The notes under the pieces are model-generated. The model was not told where the DNA came from. It saw only the letters and a list, made by a program, of their open reading frames with translations, and did no database searches. The position numbers were made by a program, and so were the translations under genes. Shown here one piece after another: positions 17,406-26,696 of a stretch of 64,000 bases of DNA. This stretch comes from an uncultured Candidatus Micrarchaeota archaeon. Lineage in GTDB: Archaea > Micrarchaeota > Micrarchaeia > Norongarragalinales > CAINOH01. The stretch lies in the NCBI GenBank assembly GCA_903851445.1, contig CAINOH010000009.1:185075-249074 (forward strand), in the 5' to 3' direction. Positions within the stretch are counted from its first letter, which is position 1. Every line of letters starts with the position of its first letter.

Positions 17406-17666
17406 GGGGTTATGGTATAACCTGGCAGAACAGCAGAGGCAACGGAACCTTCGGGTCCCAAGCCGCTGAAGCTCCAGCAAAACCTGCGCCTCAAAACGCA
17501 CGTTTGGATTAACTTCCTGTCAGGGAGCAAGGTTTTCCGAGCAGCAGCGCACCAGTTGCGTTGCGTGCGATGACTGAAAGACTGGAGCGCGGATTGGCCT
17601 TCGGGCCAAGATGAACGCGCCAAATGGAGAAACCTGCGGATCGGGGTTCAAATCCCCGTGACCCCA
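17406..17666 (+). tRNA. tRNA-Trp (CCA) with two introns (17437-17470 at 30/31; 17478-17631 at 37/38)
   Basis: Removing both introns at BHB-type sites (CAGC/GCTG and CTCC/GGAG central helices) gives a 73-nt cloverleaf: GGGGTTA...GCAGG CT CCA GA CCTGC...TTCAAAT...TGACCCC A. Confidence 0.9.
17478..17631 (+). ncRNA. Putative intron-encoded box C/D guide RNA of pre-tRNA-Trp
   Basis: Contains CTGGAGC (antisense to GCTCCAG) and AGGTTT (antisense to AAACCT) next to CCGA/CGGA D-like and GATGA C-like boxes, as in euryarchaeal tRNA-Trp introns. Confidence 0.6.
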
Positions 17667-17734
17667 TTTCATTTCTTTCTGGTTTTTGAGACTTTTTCGC
17701 CGGAGTTTATATTTTCGTTGTTTCTAATGCTGTC

Positions 17735-18103
17735 ATGCAAATCAACTTCAAGCGCTATCTCCTCTACCTTGTCCGCTGGCAGCTTTCCACGCCCATACTT
17801 GCGTTCGTGATATTGTGGATGGCCGGCTACGACACGCTTACCGCGACCATCGTCGCAAACATCATCGGAGGCCTCATCTTCTTCTGGGTCGACCAGTACA
17901 TCTTCACCTCAAAGGACCTCGCCGCCCAGTGGGAAGTCAGGGAGAACGTCAAGTGTTCGGACTGCGGCAAGCTGGCGCGCGGCTATAGGCTCGTAAGGAC
18001 CGAGAACTACGACAAGACAAGGGACGCGGCACCCAAGTTCAGGTGCGAGTCCTGTTCGCAGAGGAAATCGGAAGAGCTCAAGAAGACGGGAATAAAGGTC
18101 TAG
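17735..18103 (+). CDS. Small membrane protein with a C-terminal Zn ribbon (GtrA-like TM hairpin)
   Basis: Two TM helices (RWQLSTPIL, VANIIGGLIFFWVD) followed by CSDC...CESC. Confidence 0.7.
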   Translation: MQINFKRYLLYLVRWQLSTPILAFVILWMAGYDTLTATIVANIIGGLIFFWVDQYIFTSKDLAAQWEVRENVKCSDCGKLARGYRLVRTENYDKTRDAAPKFRCESCSQRKSEELKKTGIKV

Positions 18104-18768
18104 GCTTTTGCCTGTCCTTTGGCCGGCTCTTTGTTTGAAATTATTTCATCTATAGCATAAGCAATCTTTTTGGAAATTTCCGGGTCAAGGAATTTTTGTT
18201 GCTCTGGCTGGCGTATCTTACTGTAGGTTAGGTTGTGGTCCGGATCCAGTTTTTGGCTAACCGAGTAGTTGTTTGCAATGTTCTTTATTCTTGTGAGTTT
18301 TGTTTTCATTTTTTTATGCAGTTGTTTTGGCAAGGCGTGGTCAATCGCAGGAACTTCCACGTAGTAGTTCCCGCCAAATTTGATTAGAAGAATCTCGTGA
18401 GGATACCACAAACCCGGCGCGCCCATGGGTCCGACTTTGAATTTTTTTGGTTTGGCTTTTTCGGCATGACCCAGTATGTCCGGCGAAGATGAATGAAAAC
18501 TGAACACTGTCGCGTCGTGTCTTTTTCTGTATTTTTGCAGGGCAGATCCAAAATCAAAGCTGCCGTCTCGGGTTTTTATTGCCATTATCTTAGCTGCCAG
18601 CTCTGGTGTTTCGTCCCTGGCAATCCCATATGTCGTTTTTTCAACAGGATTCTTTTCCAGCACGACCTCGTGGCCTAGTGTCCGAAGGATGCCAGCGCAT
18701 TTTCGTGCGTGGTGTCCAGCGACAGTTTCCAAGGGGTGCTCGTTCCACAGGATAACTACTTTTGCCAT
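18100..18768 (-). CDS. Hypothetical protein (AT-richer orphan)
   Basis: 222-aa ORF; WNEHPLE and FSFHSS could be metal ligands (unverified). Confidence 0.65.
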   Translation of the reverse strand: MAKVVILWNEHPLETVAGHHARKCAGILRTLGHEVVLEKNPVEKTTYGIARDETPELAAKIMAIKTRDGSFDFGSALQKYRKRHDATVFSFHSSSPDILGHAEKAKPKKFKVGPMGAPGLWYPHEILLIKFGGNYYVEVPAIDHALPKQLHKKMKTKLTRIKNIANNYSVSQKLDPDHNLTYSKIRQPEQQKFLDPEISKKIAYAIDEIISNKEPAKGQAKA

Positions 18769-18849
18769 GATTTGATTCGTTGCCCGGCATTTTATTCCTA
18801 TGGCGCGGCCGCCATACTCCTTTATTTTCAGCTTCCTACAGTACTTGCA

Positions 18850-19536
18850 ATGGACTACGTAATCGGCTGCGACGAGGCAGGCCGCGGCTGCGTTTTAGGC
18901 GCCCTAGTCATGGCCGCGTTTGCGGTTCCCAAGGAGCGCGAGCTTGAGCTCAAGGCGGCAGGCGCGCGGGACTCGAAGGAGCTTACCCCGCAAAAGCGCG
19001 AGGAGCTTGCAAAGACTTTGGGTGCGATTGGCAAGTACGTGACACGCCACGTCTCCGCATCCGAGATCAACGCCGCGATGCTGAAGAAGAAGTCGCTCAA
19101 CGAGCTTGAGGCGGAAATCATCGCAGAACTGTTGGACGCTTTCGTTTTGGGTTTGCAAAAAAAAGGCTCCACCATCAACACCATTTACGTCGACTCCCCG
19201 GACCCGGTCCCGAGAAAGTACGAGCAGCGCATCAGAAAGCACGCGAAGAACCTGGCGAAAATAAAGATAGTCAGCGACAACCATTCCGAAAACAAGTACC
19301 CGTGCGTAGCTGCGGCGTCGATAATGGCAAAGACCGAGCGCGACTTCGAGCTTGAGAAAATCCACAAGATTTTCAAAAATGAGGAAATCGGCTGCGGTTA
19401 CACGCACGACAAGGCCACCATTGCCTTTGTGCGCAGGCACCTGCACGACGAGAAGCTCGCGCCCTATCTCAGAACGCAGTGGAAAACCGTGAAAAACATG
19501 CAAATCGTGCAAATTGACCTGAATAAATTTTTCTAG
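18850..19536 (+). CDS. rnhB: Ribonuclease HII
   Basis: GCDEAGRG, DSK, VAAASIMAK, C-terminal PIP box QIDLNKFF. Confidence 0.95.
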   Translation: MDYVIGCDEAGRGCVLGALVMAAFAVPKERELELKAAGARDSKELTPQKREELAKTLGAIGKYVTRHVSASEINAAMLKKKSLNELEAEIIAELLDAFVLGLQKKGSTINTIYVDSPDPVPRKYEQRIRKHAKNLAKIKIVSDNHSENKYPCVAAASIMAKTERDFELEKIHKIFKNEEIGCGYTHDKATIAFVRRHLHDEKLAPYLRTQWKTVKNMQIVQIDLNKFF

Positions 19537-19686
19537 TTTTCGGCAGTTTGACCAGCCTTCCACTATTCCGCGTCTTGGATTTTATCATTGGAACTCCGAT
19601 ACGCGAACTGCGGTCGGGTCGACTTTATATACTGAAACTTTTTACTCATATTCCCCCAACTTCAACAAAACCCAAAAACAAAAATT

Positions 19687-19946
19687 GCGGGTTTTGGAAG
19701 AATCCGAGTGTAAATGCGTTTCGGCTCAATTAATTGGGCTGTTTGAGTGGATTCGTAGAGCGAAGGAGTTCCACCGGCTTGTCCGTGTTCGGAAATCTCC
19801 CTCTTTGCGGAACCGCACAAAGAGCTCCAATTGCAAACGTTCGGCCGAACTGGAGAAAAATTTATGCAGGGCCCTAAACCAGCCCGAAAATTGGTTTGTC
19901 TCCGAACCGAAACGCAAAGCATGAATCGGGCGCTTTCAAAACCCGC
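19687..19946. repeat. Long imperfect inverted-repeat element (candidate structured RNA or MITE)
   Basis: Nested arm pairs 19687-19700/19933-19946, 19715-19727/19904-19916 and 19736-19745/19875-19885, plus internal hairpins. Confidence 0.55.
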
Positions 19947-20045
19947 CTTTTTCTATTTAAAGATTGGGCAAAGCAAAGGCTCTTTTTTCATCGTTGCAAG
20001 AAACAGCGAAAGCAAGAGAATACGGGAAGCCTGCATCTGCTTTTT

Positions 20046-20633
20046 CTATCTTTCCTGCAGTTCTTTGAGCTTGAAGAAGCACTTGGCGCAAGCTTCGGCG
20101 TCCTTGTACGCGCTGTGCGAACCTGAAAGTTCCTTTGCAAATAATTTCCAGTGAAGCTGCGAGAGCGTCGGCCACTTGTACCCGTAGCCATATCCGGTCT
20201 TCGGTATTGCGCAAAGGTCAGTAGTTGATTTCATCGTGCAGAACTTCTCAATCTCCTTGAGCGTTTCGATGTCGGAGTGCAGACCCAGTCGGTAAAGCTC
20301 GGCGCCGAGGATTTTTTGGTCAAAGTCAATGTTGTGGCCAACCAAGGTGTGCGCCTCATCAAGGGCATCGATGAACTTTTCAAGGGCGTCCACAAGGGCA
20401 ATTCCGTCTGCAAGCGCGCGCTCGGTTGTAATGCCGTGGATCCTTACAACGTCTTCAGGGATTGTGAACCCTTCGGGCTTGATAATCAGGTCCGCGCTTT
20501 CCTTGAGCTTGCCCGCATCATCATACATTAGGAAGCCCAGCTGAACCATGCGCGGCCAGTTGTCCGTGTCGCAAAAGTCCGCATCCCAGCGCACAGGCAG
20601 GCCGGTTGTCTCGGTGTCGAAGAAGAGGTACAC
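20046..20633 (-). CDS. DEDDh 3'-5' exonuclease (DnaQ-like)
   Basis: FFDTETTGLP, VGHNIDFD, CTM, KWPTL, HSAYKDA; GTG start at 20633. Confidence 0.92.
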   Translation of the reverse strand: MYLFFDTETTGLPVRWDADFCDTDNWPRMVQLGFLMYDDAGKLKESADLIIKPEGFTIPEDVVRIHGITTERALADGIALVDALEKFIDALDEAHTLVGHNIDFDQKILGAELYRLGLHSDIETLKEIEKFCTMKSTTDLCAIPKTGYGYGYKWPTLSQLHWKLFAKELSGSHSAYKDAEACAKCFFKLKELQER

Positions 20634-20682
20634 TATGTTCTTACCATCCTGTAATCTTTTTAGCTGATTGCCAAGCGCAGCT

Positions 20683-21540
20683 TCACTGCGCCTGCTGGAA
20701 GTGTTCGAAGAACTTGCGCGTGGGCTTGAGCAGCCGCGTGTTGCCCTTCTTTTCGGAGATGATATAGCCGCGTTCCTTAAGCTCGGCAACATACTCATAG
20801 ATTTCGCCGCGGAAGTAGTTCTTGAGCCCGCTCTGCAGTATCTGGCCTTTCTTTGCGATGAGCGCGAGAATCTTGAGCGATTTTCTTGAAAGCTCAATTT
20901 CCTTTGAAAGCTGCGAAACTGCGGGAAGGTAGATGCTGCGCACCTGCAGCCGCGCCTCGTTGTTTATGAATTCAATCATCAGTGCGGACTGTCTTTCGTC
21001 GTATTCCGCCTGCAGGTTGTAGACAAAGCGGGTGGCTTGTTTTACCGTGCAGTGCGAAAGCAATGCAAGTTCTGCCGGAGTGAGTGGCTTGTTTGCAAGT
21101 AGCAACGCTGCCTCGATTACCTTGGCCTTGTCCAGCTCGGGTCTTTCCTTTGCAACCTCGGAAAGCTTGTCAAGTGCAGACTGGCCTATGTCGCCTTCCT
21201 CCTCGTATTGCGGCTCCTCCTCTTCAGCGTCTTTTGTTGTCATCGAGCCTTTGGAGTCGCCTTCGGAGGATTCCGTGTCAGCACCAGCAATGGTCTTTTC
21301 GGGGGTGATTGTCTCCATTAGCCGGGTTTCTTTTTTGTCTTCCGCTTCAGCGGCCTTCTGCTCCTCAATGGCTTGGCCTATCGCGTCGGAAGTCTTCTCA
21401 AGCTCGGCGCCGCCAATCTGCTCCTCGTGGGCGTTGATGGCCTCTTCATTGATGGACTCCACAAGCTCGGCCTCCATTCTGTCCGCCTGTTGCCTGAGGT
21501 CCTGGACTTCAGCAGTTGGTTTTACTGGCTTTCTTGCCAT
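20683..21540 (-). CDS. scpB: SMC-Scp complex subunit ScpB with acidic N-terminal extension
   Basis: IEAALLLANKPL, ELSRKSLKILALIA, GNTRLLKPTRKFFEHF. Confidence 0.85.
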   Translation of the reverse strand: MARKPVKPTAEVQDLRQQADRMEAELVESINEEAINAHEEQIGGAELEKTSDAIGQAIEEQKAAEAEDKKETRLMETITPEKTIAGADTESSEGDSKGSMTTKDAEEEEPQYEEEGDIGQSALDKLSEVAKERPELDKAKVIEAALLLANKPLTPAELALLSHCTVKQATRFVYNLQAEYDERQSALMIEFINNEARLQVRSIYLPAVSQLSKEIELSRKSLKILALIAKKGQILQSGLKNYFRGEIYEYVAELKERGYIISEKKGNTRLLKPTRKFFEHFQQAQ

Positions 21541-21705
21541 AGGCGTTACACTCGGTCTTTGCTTGCAACTCTAGTGGGTAATAGTAGTCAAGGCGGGGTT
21601 TTATAAAAATGCTTCAGCCCAAGCAATAGCGGCAACAGCCGGCTTTGCGCTGTTGACTAACTGCCTGCGTGTTGTAACAAGGGCATTGAAACTTAGGTGT
21701 AGACT

Positions 21706-22293
21706 ATGGCAGAGACTCTGCTTCCACAGGAAAAATATCTCGAATCGGGCATCCACATCGGGACCAAGACCAAGAACGGCGGGATGCGCGCATTCATCTA
21801 CAAGGCGCGCGAGGACGGCCTCCACGTGCTCGACCTCAAAAAGATGGACGAGCGCATGAGGCTTGCTGCAGGAATGCTTGCGGCATACGAGCCCTCCACA
21901 GTGTACATAATCGGCAGCAAGGACAACGCCTTCGGTCCAATCAACAAGATGTGCGAGCTTACGGGCTTTAACGCCCTGAACAACCGCTTCACTCCCGGCC
22001 GCTTCACAAACCCCGAGCGCGCCGACTTCGTCGAGCCGGCACTCATCTTCGTGACCGACCCCGGGGTTGACAAGCAGGCCGTAAAGGAGGCCAACGTCAT
22101 CAACGTGCCCGTAATCGCGCTTTGCGACACCAACAACAGCACCCGCTTCGTCGACCTGGTAATCCCGGCGAACAACAAGGGAAAGAAGGCCATCGCACTC
22201 GCGTTCTGGCTCATCACCCGTGAAGTGCTCAAGCTGAAGGGCTCAATCTCAGGCTACGAGGAGTTCACGGCAGTGCCGGCGGATTTTGAGTAA
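21706..22293 (+). CDS. rps2: 30S ribosomal protein uS2
   Basis: YLESGIHIGTK, RFTPGRFTNP, IALCDT, IPANNKG. Confidence 0.97.
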   Translation: MAETLLPQEKYLESGIHIGTKTKNGGMRAFIYKAREDGLHVLDLKKMDERMRLAAGMLAAYEPSTVYIIGSKDNAFGPINKMCELTGFNALNNRFTPGRFTNPERADFVEPALIFVTDPGVDKQAVKEANVINVPVIALCDTNNSTRFVDLVIPANNKGKKAIALAFWLITREVLKLKGSISGYEEFTAVPADFE

Positions 22294-22341
22294 GTTCATT
22301 TAGGCGGTTTCTCCGCCATCATCTTTCTTTTTCTTAAAAAA

Positions 22342-23127
22342 TTAGATTTTTACAACAAGGCCTTCCTTAGCCGCAACCGCCTTCACTCCAGTCTCCTTTT
22401 CAAAGCGCGTCAGTTCCTTGTCTATCCCTGCCTTGAGGAAGCGCTCGCCAAAGTGCGAAAAGACGATCATCTTGGGCTTGTTTTTCATGGACGTGACCCC
22501 GGCGATGACTTCATTGAGGCACAGGTGGAACTCGAACCGGTCGGAAGCTGGCCGCAGGCAGTTCACCACAAACGCGCCAAGCCCGCCTTCCAAGTCATAT
22601 TGCTTCCATAGCCCTGCAAAGACCTGCGTGTCAGCTGTGTACGCGACGGTCTTGCCGCCTGCTGACTTGTAGATGAAGCCGATTGACGAGGGGTCCTCGT
22701 GGTCGCACGCAGTGGCGGTGAGCTTGCCTGCATCGAGCAGCTGGCGGCACTCGCCCGGAGTCATTGCCTTGCAGTTGAGAAGAAGTGACTTGAAGTATTC
22801 GGGGACCTCCTTTTCGAACTCGCCGATTCCCTCAACCACGCTCCGTGCCGCAAGCAGGGTGCCGAACTTCTTGTGCCAGTGGTCAAGGGTCATCGCCTCA
22901 ATCACAATCTTGGCGTCGCCAACGTGGTCGAGGTGGCAGTGGGAGACAAAGACCGTGTTGAGGCCCTTGAAGGAAAGCTTGTTCGAGAACGTCTTGAGGA
23001 ACGCTCCGGGACCCGGGTCGCAGTGCATCACCAGCTTGCCGTCAGTTAGCCGAAAGCCGCCCGTAGGCATGGCCTGCGTGTCAAGCACTACCCGACCGCC
23101 CCCGCAGCCTAGGAAAAAGAGTTCCAT
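22342..23127 (-). CDS. MBL-fold metallo-hydrolase
   Basis: FLGCGGGR, DPGPG, SHCHLDH, YTADT, SHFG. Confidence 0.9.
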   Translation of the reverse strand: MELFFLGCGGGRVVLDTQAMPTGGFRLTDGKLVMHCDPGPGAFLKTFSNKLSFKGLNTVFVSHCHLDHVGDAKIVIEAMTLDHWHKKFGTLLAARSVVEGIGEFEKEVPEYFKSLLLNCKAMTPGECRQLLDAGKLTATACDHEDPSSIGFIYKSAGGKTVAYTADTQVFAGLWKQYDLEGGLGAFVVNCLRPASDRFEFHLCLNEVIAGVTSMKNKPKMIVFSHFGERFLKAGIDKELTRFEKETGVKAVAAKEGLVVKI

Positions 23128-23216
23128 TGCAATACAATGGGCGCGGGAAGAAAATAAAAGGCTGAAGCGGGGTTGCCGAACGAAATAAAAAAGCGCTCGC
23201 AGTCGTGTCTTTCGTG

Positions 23217-24062
23217 ATGTATATGGGTAGGTCTCAAAAGGGTTTTATTCGCGATATCAACGCCGGGCGTGCAAGCAACCGTCCTTTTTGGACGGAACAA
23301 AAGAGACAGGCTGCCCAGACGGCTCAAGCCAACGCGGCCAGGGAAAAGGAACTGGCCGTGCTGAAAGCCAGGTCAGAAGAGCTTCGGAATTCATATTCCG
23401 CCGCCTTGAAAGCCAGAGATTTCGTGAAGTGCAGGGACACTTTGCAGCAACTATCGCGGGTTTATAGAGAGCGAAGTATGGATCACCACTATGATGTTGT
23501 GATGGGGCGTTTGGATTCTGCGGACAAAGTCGTCGATTCCCTTCATGAGATAAACGAAATCCGCGCCAAATACCCTGCGGAACAGAGGACTGCGGTCGGA
23601 GTTAGCAAACCATCGAAGACGGATTCTGAAGACCTGTACACGCATCACATCAGAGCCGCAACCAACATAGCAAAGCTGTTCAAAAAGCCAGTAGAGGAGC
23701 ATCCCCTTTCAAAGGCGCACTCAAACGAAGCCGCGGCCATCAAGGAGCATTATTCCTCGTTGGTTAAGGTGGAGCGCATAAAGCGTATAGAAAAGGACTT
23801 GGCGATGCTCAAACCCGAAAATATTGGTTCACTCAAGGACTTGTTAATGGGAGAGCTCGCCCGGTTGAACGGTTCTCCCTCGGAGGCACGGACGCACTAC
23901 ATGCGTGCTTTTGCACCCGGCAAGGAACAGCGCGACAATGTCCGCTTCATCGTAGATCTGAACGGCCGGGAAACTGCCCGTAATATCCTTGAACTTGCCG
24001 CGCCTGAAGGCGAAAAACCTACGTTGTTCGCCCGAAGGATGTTTGCGGAACATCTCTACTAG
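23217..24062 (+). CDS. Hypothetical alpha-helical protein (orphan-like)
   Basis: Long charged, helical ORF; no recognised motif. Confidence 0.65.
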   Translation: MYMGRSQKGFIRDINAGRASNRPFWTEQKRQAAQTAQANAAREKELAVLKARSEELRNSYSAALKARDFVKCRDTLQQLSRVYRERSMDHHYDVVMGRLDSADKVVDSLHEINEIRAKYPAEQRTAVGVSKPSKTDSEDLYTHHIRAATNIAKLFKKPVEEHPLSKAHSNEAAAIKEHYSSLVKVERIKRIEKDLAMLKPENIGSLKDLLMGELARLNGSPSEARTHYMRAFAPGKEQRDNVRFIVDLNGRETARNILELAAPEGEKPTLFARRMFAEHLY

Positions 24063-24116
24063 ATGAAATAAGTAGAGCTTTAAAATAAGAAATAAAAAGA
24101 AAAAGTGAAAGAGGAA

Positions 24117-24287
24117 CTATGTCCTCTTTGCGTATTTCTTGGTCCAGCGCAGGTGCAGCGGGTTCCTCGTCTTGGAGTTTACCTCGCACTTGTGCGAGCA
24201 GTAGTGGCTCACTACGCCCTGCTTGGTGATGAACGTCACGCCGGTGCCCACCGGGTACTTGTTTCCGCAGAATGTACAGACTGCCAT
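24117..24287 (-). CDS. rpl24e: 50S ribosomal protein eL24
   Basis: MAVCTFCGNKYPVGTGVTFITKQGVVSHYCSHKC...RNPLHLRWT; absent from the ORF track (56 aa); in the canonical rpl7ae-rps28e-rpl24e order. Confidence 0.95.
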   Translation of the reverse strand: MAVCTFCGNKYPVGTGVTFITKQGVVSHYCSHKCEVNSKTRNPLHLRWTKKYAKRT

Positions 24288-24602
24288 TTATTTGGTAGCA
24301 CCCCGTGGCTTGATCGGCTTTGCCTCGCGCTCGGTCTCAAGCAGTATCAGGTAATCCCCCTTGCGTATGGGGCCCTTTACGTTGCGCCTAATGACACGGC
24401 CCTGGTCGCGGCCCGAGAGCACCTTGCACATTACCTGGATGACCTCACCGAACACCCCTGACCGGCCGAGGATTTCGACTACCTGCGAGGGGTAGCCTTC
24501 GAAGTTGGCTGGGATTGCAGATGCGTCGGACGCCTTTGTCTCGAGTGACTTGGCCTGCTCCTCCTTTTCCTTCTTGGATTCAATCTTCTTTTTTCCGCCC
24601 AT
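24288..24602 (-). CDS. rps28e: 30S ribosomal protein eS28 (N-terminally extended)
   Basis: [17 protein letters not shown]...[22 protein letters not shown]. Confidence 0.95.
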   Translation of the reverse strand: MGGKKKIESKKEKEEQAKSLETKASDASAIPANFEGYPSQVVEILGRSGVFGEVIQVMCKVLSGRDQGRVIRRNVKGPIRKGDYLILLETEREAKPIKPRGATK

Positions 24603-24640
24603 TGTAACACGTCTCTAAAAGTAAGTCAAGCTAGATGGAG

Positions 24641-25030
24641 TTATTTCTTCTTCTCCTCTGCCTTGGGCGCGAGGGCAACAGCCTTCTCTACGACCTCCTT
24701 GAGCACGGCCTCGGCCTTGTCCGCCTTGGCCACTGCGACTGCCGCAGTCCCCACTCCCAGGCCAGCGGCCTTTCCAAGCGTGAGCTTCTCCGAGATGAAC
24801 ACGTACGGCACCTTCTTCTCACCACAGAGCATCGGAAGGTGCATGACGATTTCCTCAGGGTCGACGTCAGCTGCGATGAGCACGAGCTTTGCGTTCCCGC
24901 GCTCGATGGCCTTTGTCGCCTCGTTGGTTCCCTTTCGGAGCCCGCCGCACGCAAGGCCGGCCTCCACTACCTGGAGTGCCTTCTGCTGGACGTCGGAGGG
25001 GGTTTCGTACTTTACATAAGATTTTGCCAT
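24641..25030 (-). CDS. rpl7ae: 50S ribosomal protein L7Ae
   Basis: RKGTNEATKAIERGNAKLVLIAADVDPEEIVMHLP. Confidence 0.97.
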   Translation of the reverse strand: MAKSYVKYETPSDVQQKALQVVEAGLACGGLRKGTNEATKAIERGNAKLVLIAADVDPEEIVMHLPMLCGEKKVPYVFISEKLTLGKAAGLGVGTAAVAVAKADKAEAVLKEVVEKAVALAPKAEEKKK

Positions 25031-25231
25031 TTACAGATTCACCTTTCTCAATTTCGCTTTCATTGAAAGACGTTTCATCGCTTTCCCCGGGCAGCAGTCG
25101 CCGTCCCGGGTCATAAAGCCAGAGTCCGCAAAAACGCGGAGAACTAGCGAAGTATTTTAGTGCAAATAATGATTTAAAAGCGGATAGGATTACAAGAAAC
25201 CTTAGGCAAATGGCAGGAGCGATGAGTATGA

Positions 25232-25582
25232 ATGGACAGACGAGAACGGCAACCCCTGGCAGAGTCCCCCGTTAGGAGTAAAGCCGCGCAGGAAGTCGCC
25301 TTCGATCACATAAAGTTTTTAGATACGCTTGACCCGAAGGTTCATTGCGAGCTAAACCACCCTATCTACACGGAGTACGCCCGCGAAGTTTTTAACAAGA
25401 CCAACTGGTCTGCTAAAAGCGCCCGCGTGGACGAGCTGCTGCGCTTTGCAGGAAGCAAGATGCCGGAGTTGACGGGCAAAACCCTACGTCCGGGAACGGC
25501 GCGGTTTGAGAAGGCATTCATAAAACATTACTCGAACTCGCTTGCGTCAATGTGCAGTTCGATACTTCGAAACATGAAGTAG
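25232..25582 (+). CDS. Hypothetical protein (orphan-like)
   Basis: 116-aa ORF with TTTAAA box and AGGAG upstream. Confidence 0.6.
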   Translation: MDRRERQPLAESPVRSKAAQEVAFDHIKFLDTLDPKVHCELNHPIYTEYAREVFNKTNWSAKSARVDELLRFAGSKMPELTGKTLRPGTARFEKAFIKHYSNSLASMCSSILRNMK

Positions 25583-25600
25583 CCGAAAGGACCGCTTTCC

Positions 25601-26614
25601 CTACAGCCAGTCCTCTTTCTTGAAGTACAGCGTGGTGCCTACCATCATCACAGCCATCACCGCAAGGAGCACGTAGAAGCCGTACTCGAATTCGGTCTCG
25701 GGCATGTTGTGGAAGTTCATCCCGAAGATTCCGGCAAGGAGCGTGGGCGGCATCAGGATGGTGGATATTGCTGCCACCCGCTTCATCGACTTGTTGAGCG
25801 TGTTTGACACGGAAGACAGGTACGCTTCCATCACGTTGGTGACCATGTCGCGGTTCATCTCTACGTTGTCCAATAGGCGCACGAGGTGGTCGTAGGTGTC
25901 GCGGTAGTACGGCGCGTTCTGGTCGCGTACAAAGCGCACCTCGCGCCGCGAAAGCGACCCGGCGACGTCGCGGAGCGGCTGGACTTCCTTGCGGAACGTA
26001 AAGAGCAGCTTCTTCATGCGCAAGGCTTCTGAAAGCGTGGCCTTGGTGGGCTGGCCGAGCACCTCGTCCTCGAGACAGTCGAGCTTTTCCGTTATTGCGT
26101 TGAAAAGCGGGAAGTAGTCATCGACAGTCGCGTCCATCACCGCGTACAAAAGGTAGTCCGCGCCAAGCGAGAGCAGGTACGGGTTCTTCTTGGCCTTCTC
26201 GTAGACGACTTCCTGCGTGGTGGCATTGTCAATGCTGTGGGTGATTATCCAGTTGTCTCCAAGGAAGAAGTTGAGCTGGGTGGTCTTTCCGCTCACAACG
26301 TCCGTCTCGTCCGGGCCTATCTCGTAGTCCGGCCCGGCGCCTGCGGGGATTGCGGGCACCTTGAACGAGTGCACCACCACGAACGCGTAGTTCGGGTAGA
26401 CTTCGACCTTCGGCCGCTGGTTGGTCTTTCGCGCGTCCTCGATGGAAAGCTCGTGAAGCCTGAACGCGTGCGCAAGCCCCTCAGTTTCCTTGGGCGTTGG
26501 TGCGTCCACATCCACCCACACGGTGTTGGACTTTACCGCAGCTGCCTTGGCTATTGCCGCAAGGTCGGACTCTTCCCTGGCCTTTCCTTTCGAGTAGATG
26601 AGCGCGCGGATCAT
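25601..26614 (-). CDS. corA: Magnesium/cobalt transporter CorA
   Basis: WVDV, LHELSIED, QRPKVE, GIFGMNF signature and two C-terminal TM helices. Confidence 0.95.
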   Translation of the reverse strand: MIRALIYSKGKAREESDLAAIAKAAAVKSNTVWVDVDAPTPKETEGLAHAFRLHELSIEDARKTNQRPKVEVYPNYAFVVVHSFKVPAIPAGAGPDYEIGPDETDVVSGKTTQLNFFLGDNWIITHSIDNATTQEVVYEKAKKNPYLLSLGADYLLYAVMDATVDDYFPLFNAITEKLDCLEDEVLGQPTKATLSEALRMKKLLFTFRKEVQPLRDVAGSLSRREVRFVRDQNAPYYRDTYDHLVRLLDNVEMNRDMVTNVMEAYLSSVSNTLNKSMKRVAAISTILMPPTLLAGIFGMNFHNMPETEFEYGFYVLLAVMAVMMVGTTLYFKKEDWL

Positions 26615-26696
26615 TTTTTCACTTGATTTGAAAACGGCCCGGCGCAAATTAAAGCTTTTTATTGCGGGCTTACGATTGTGATGTGGACGCGGTGCA

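Noticed and set aside
19685-19924. 79-aa plus-strand ORF in the rnhB-exonuclease gap
   Set aside because: No motif, competing ORFs on both strands, and it coincides with the inverted-repeat element; not called, but not excluded.
20634-20897. N-terminal extension of the exonuclease ORF
   Set aside because: Overlaps scpB in another frame; the DEDD domain starts at GTG 20633.
25031-25120. L7Ae autoregulatory k-turn in the rpl7ae leader
   Set aside because: A CCCGGG hairpin and GATGA/ATGA motifs are present, but I could not build a consistent k-turn by eye.
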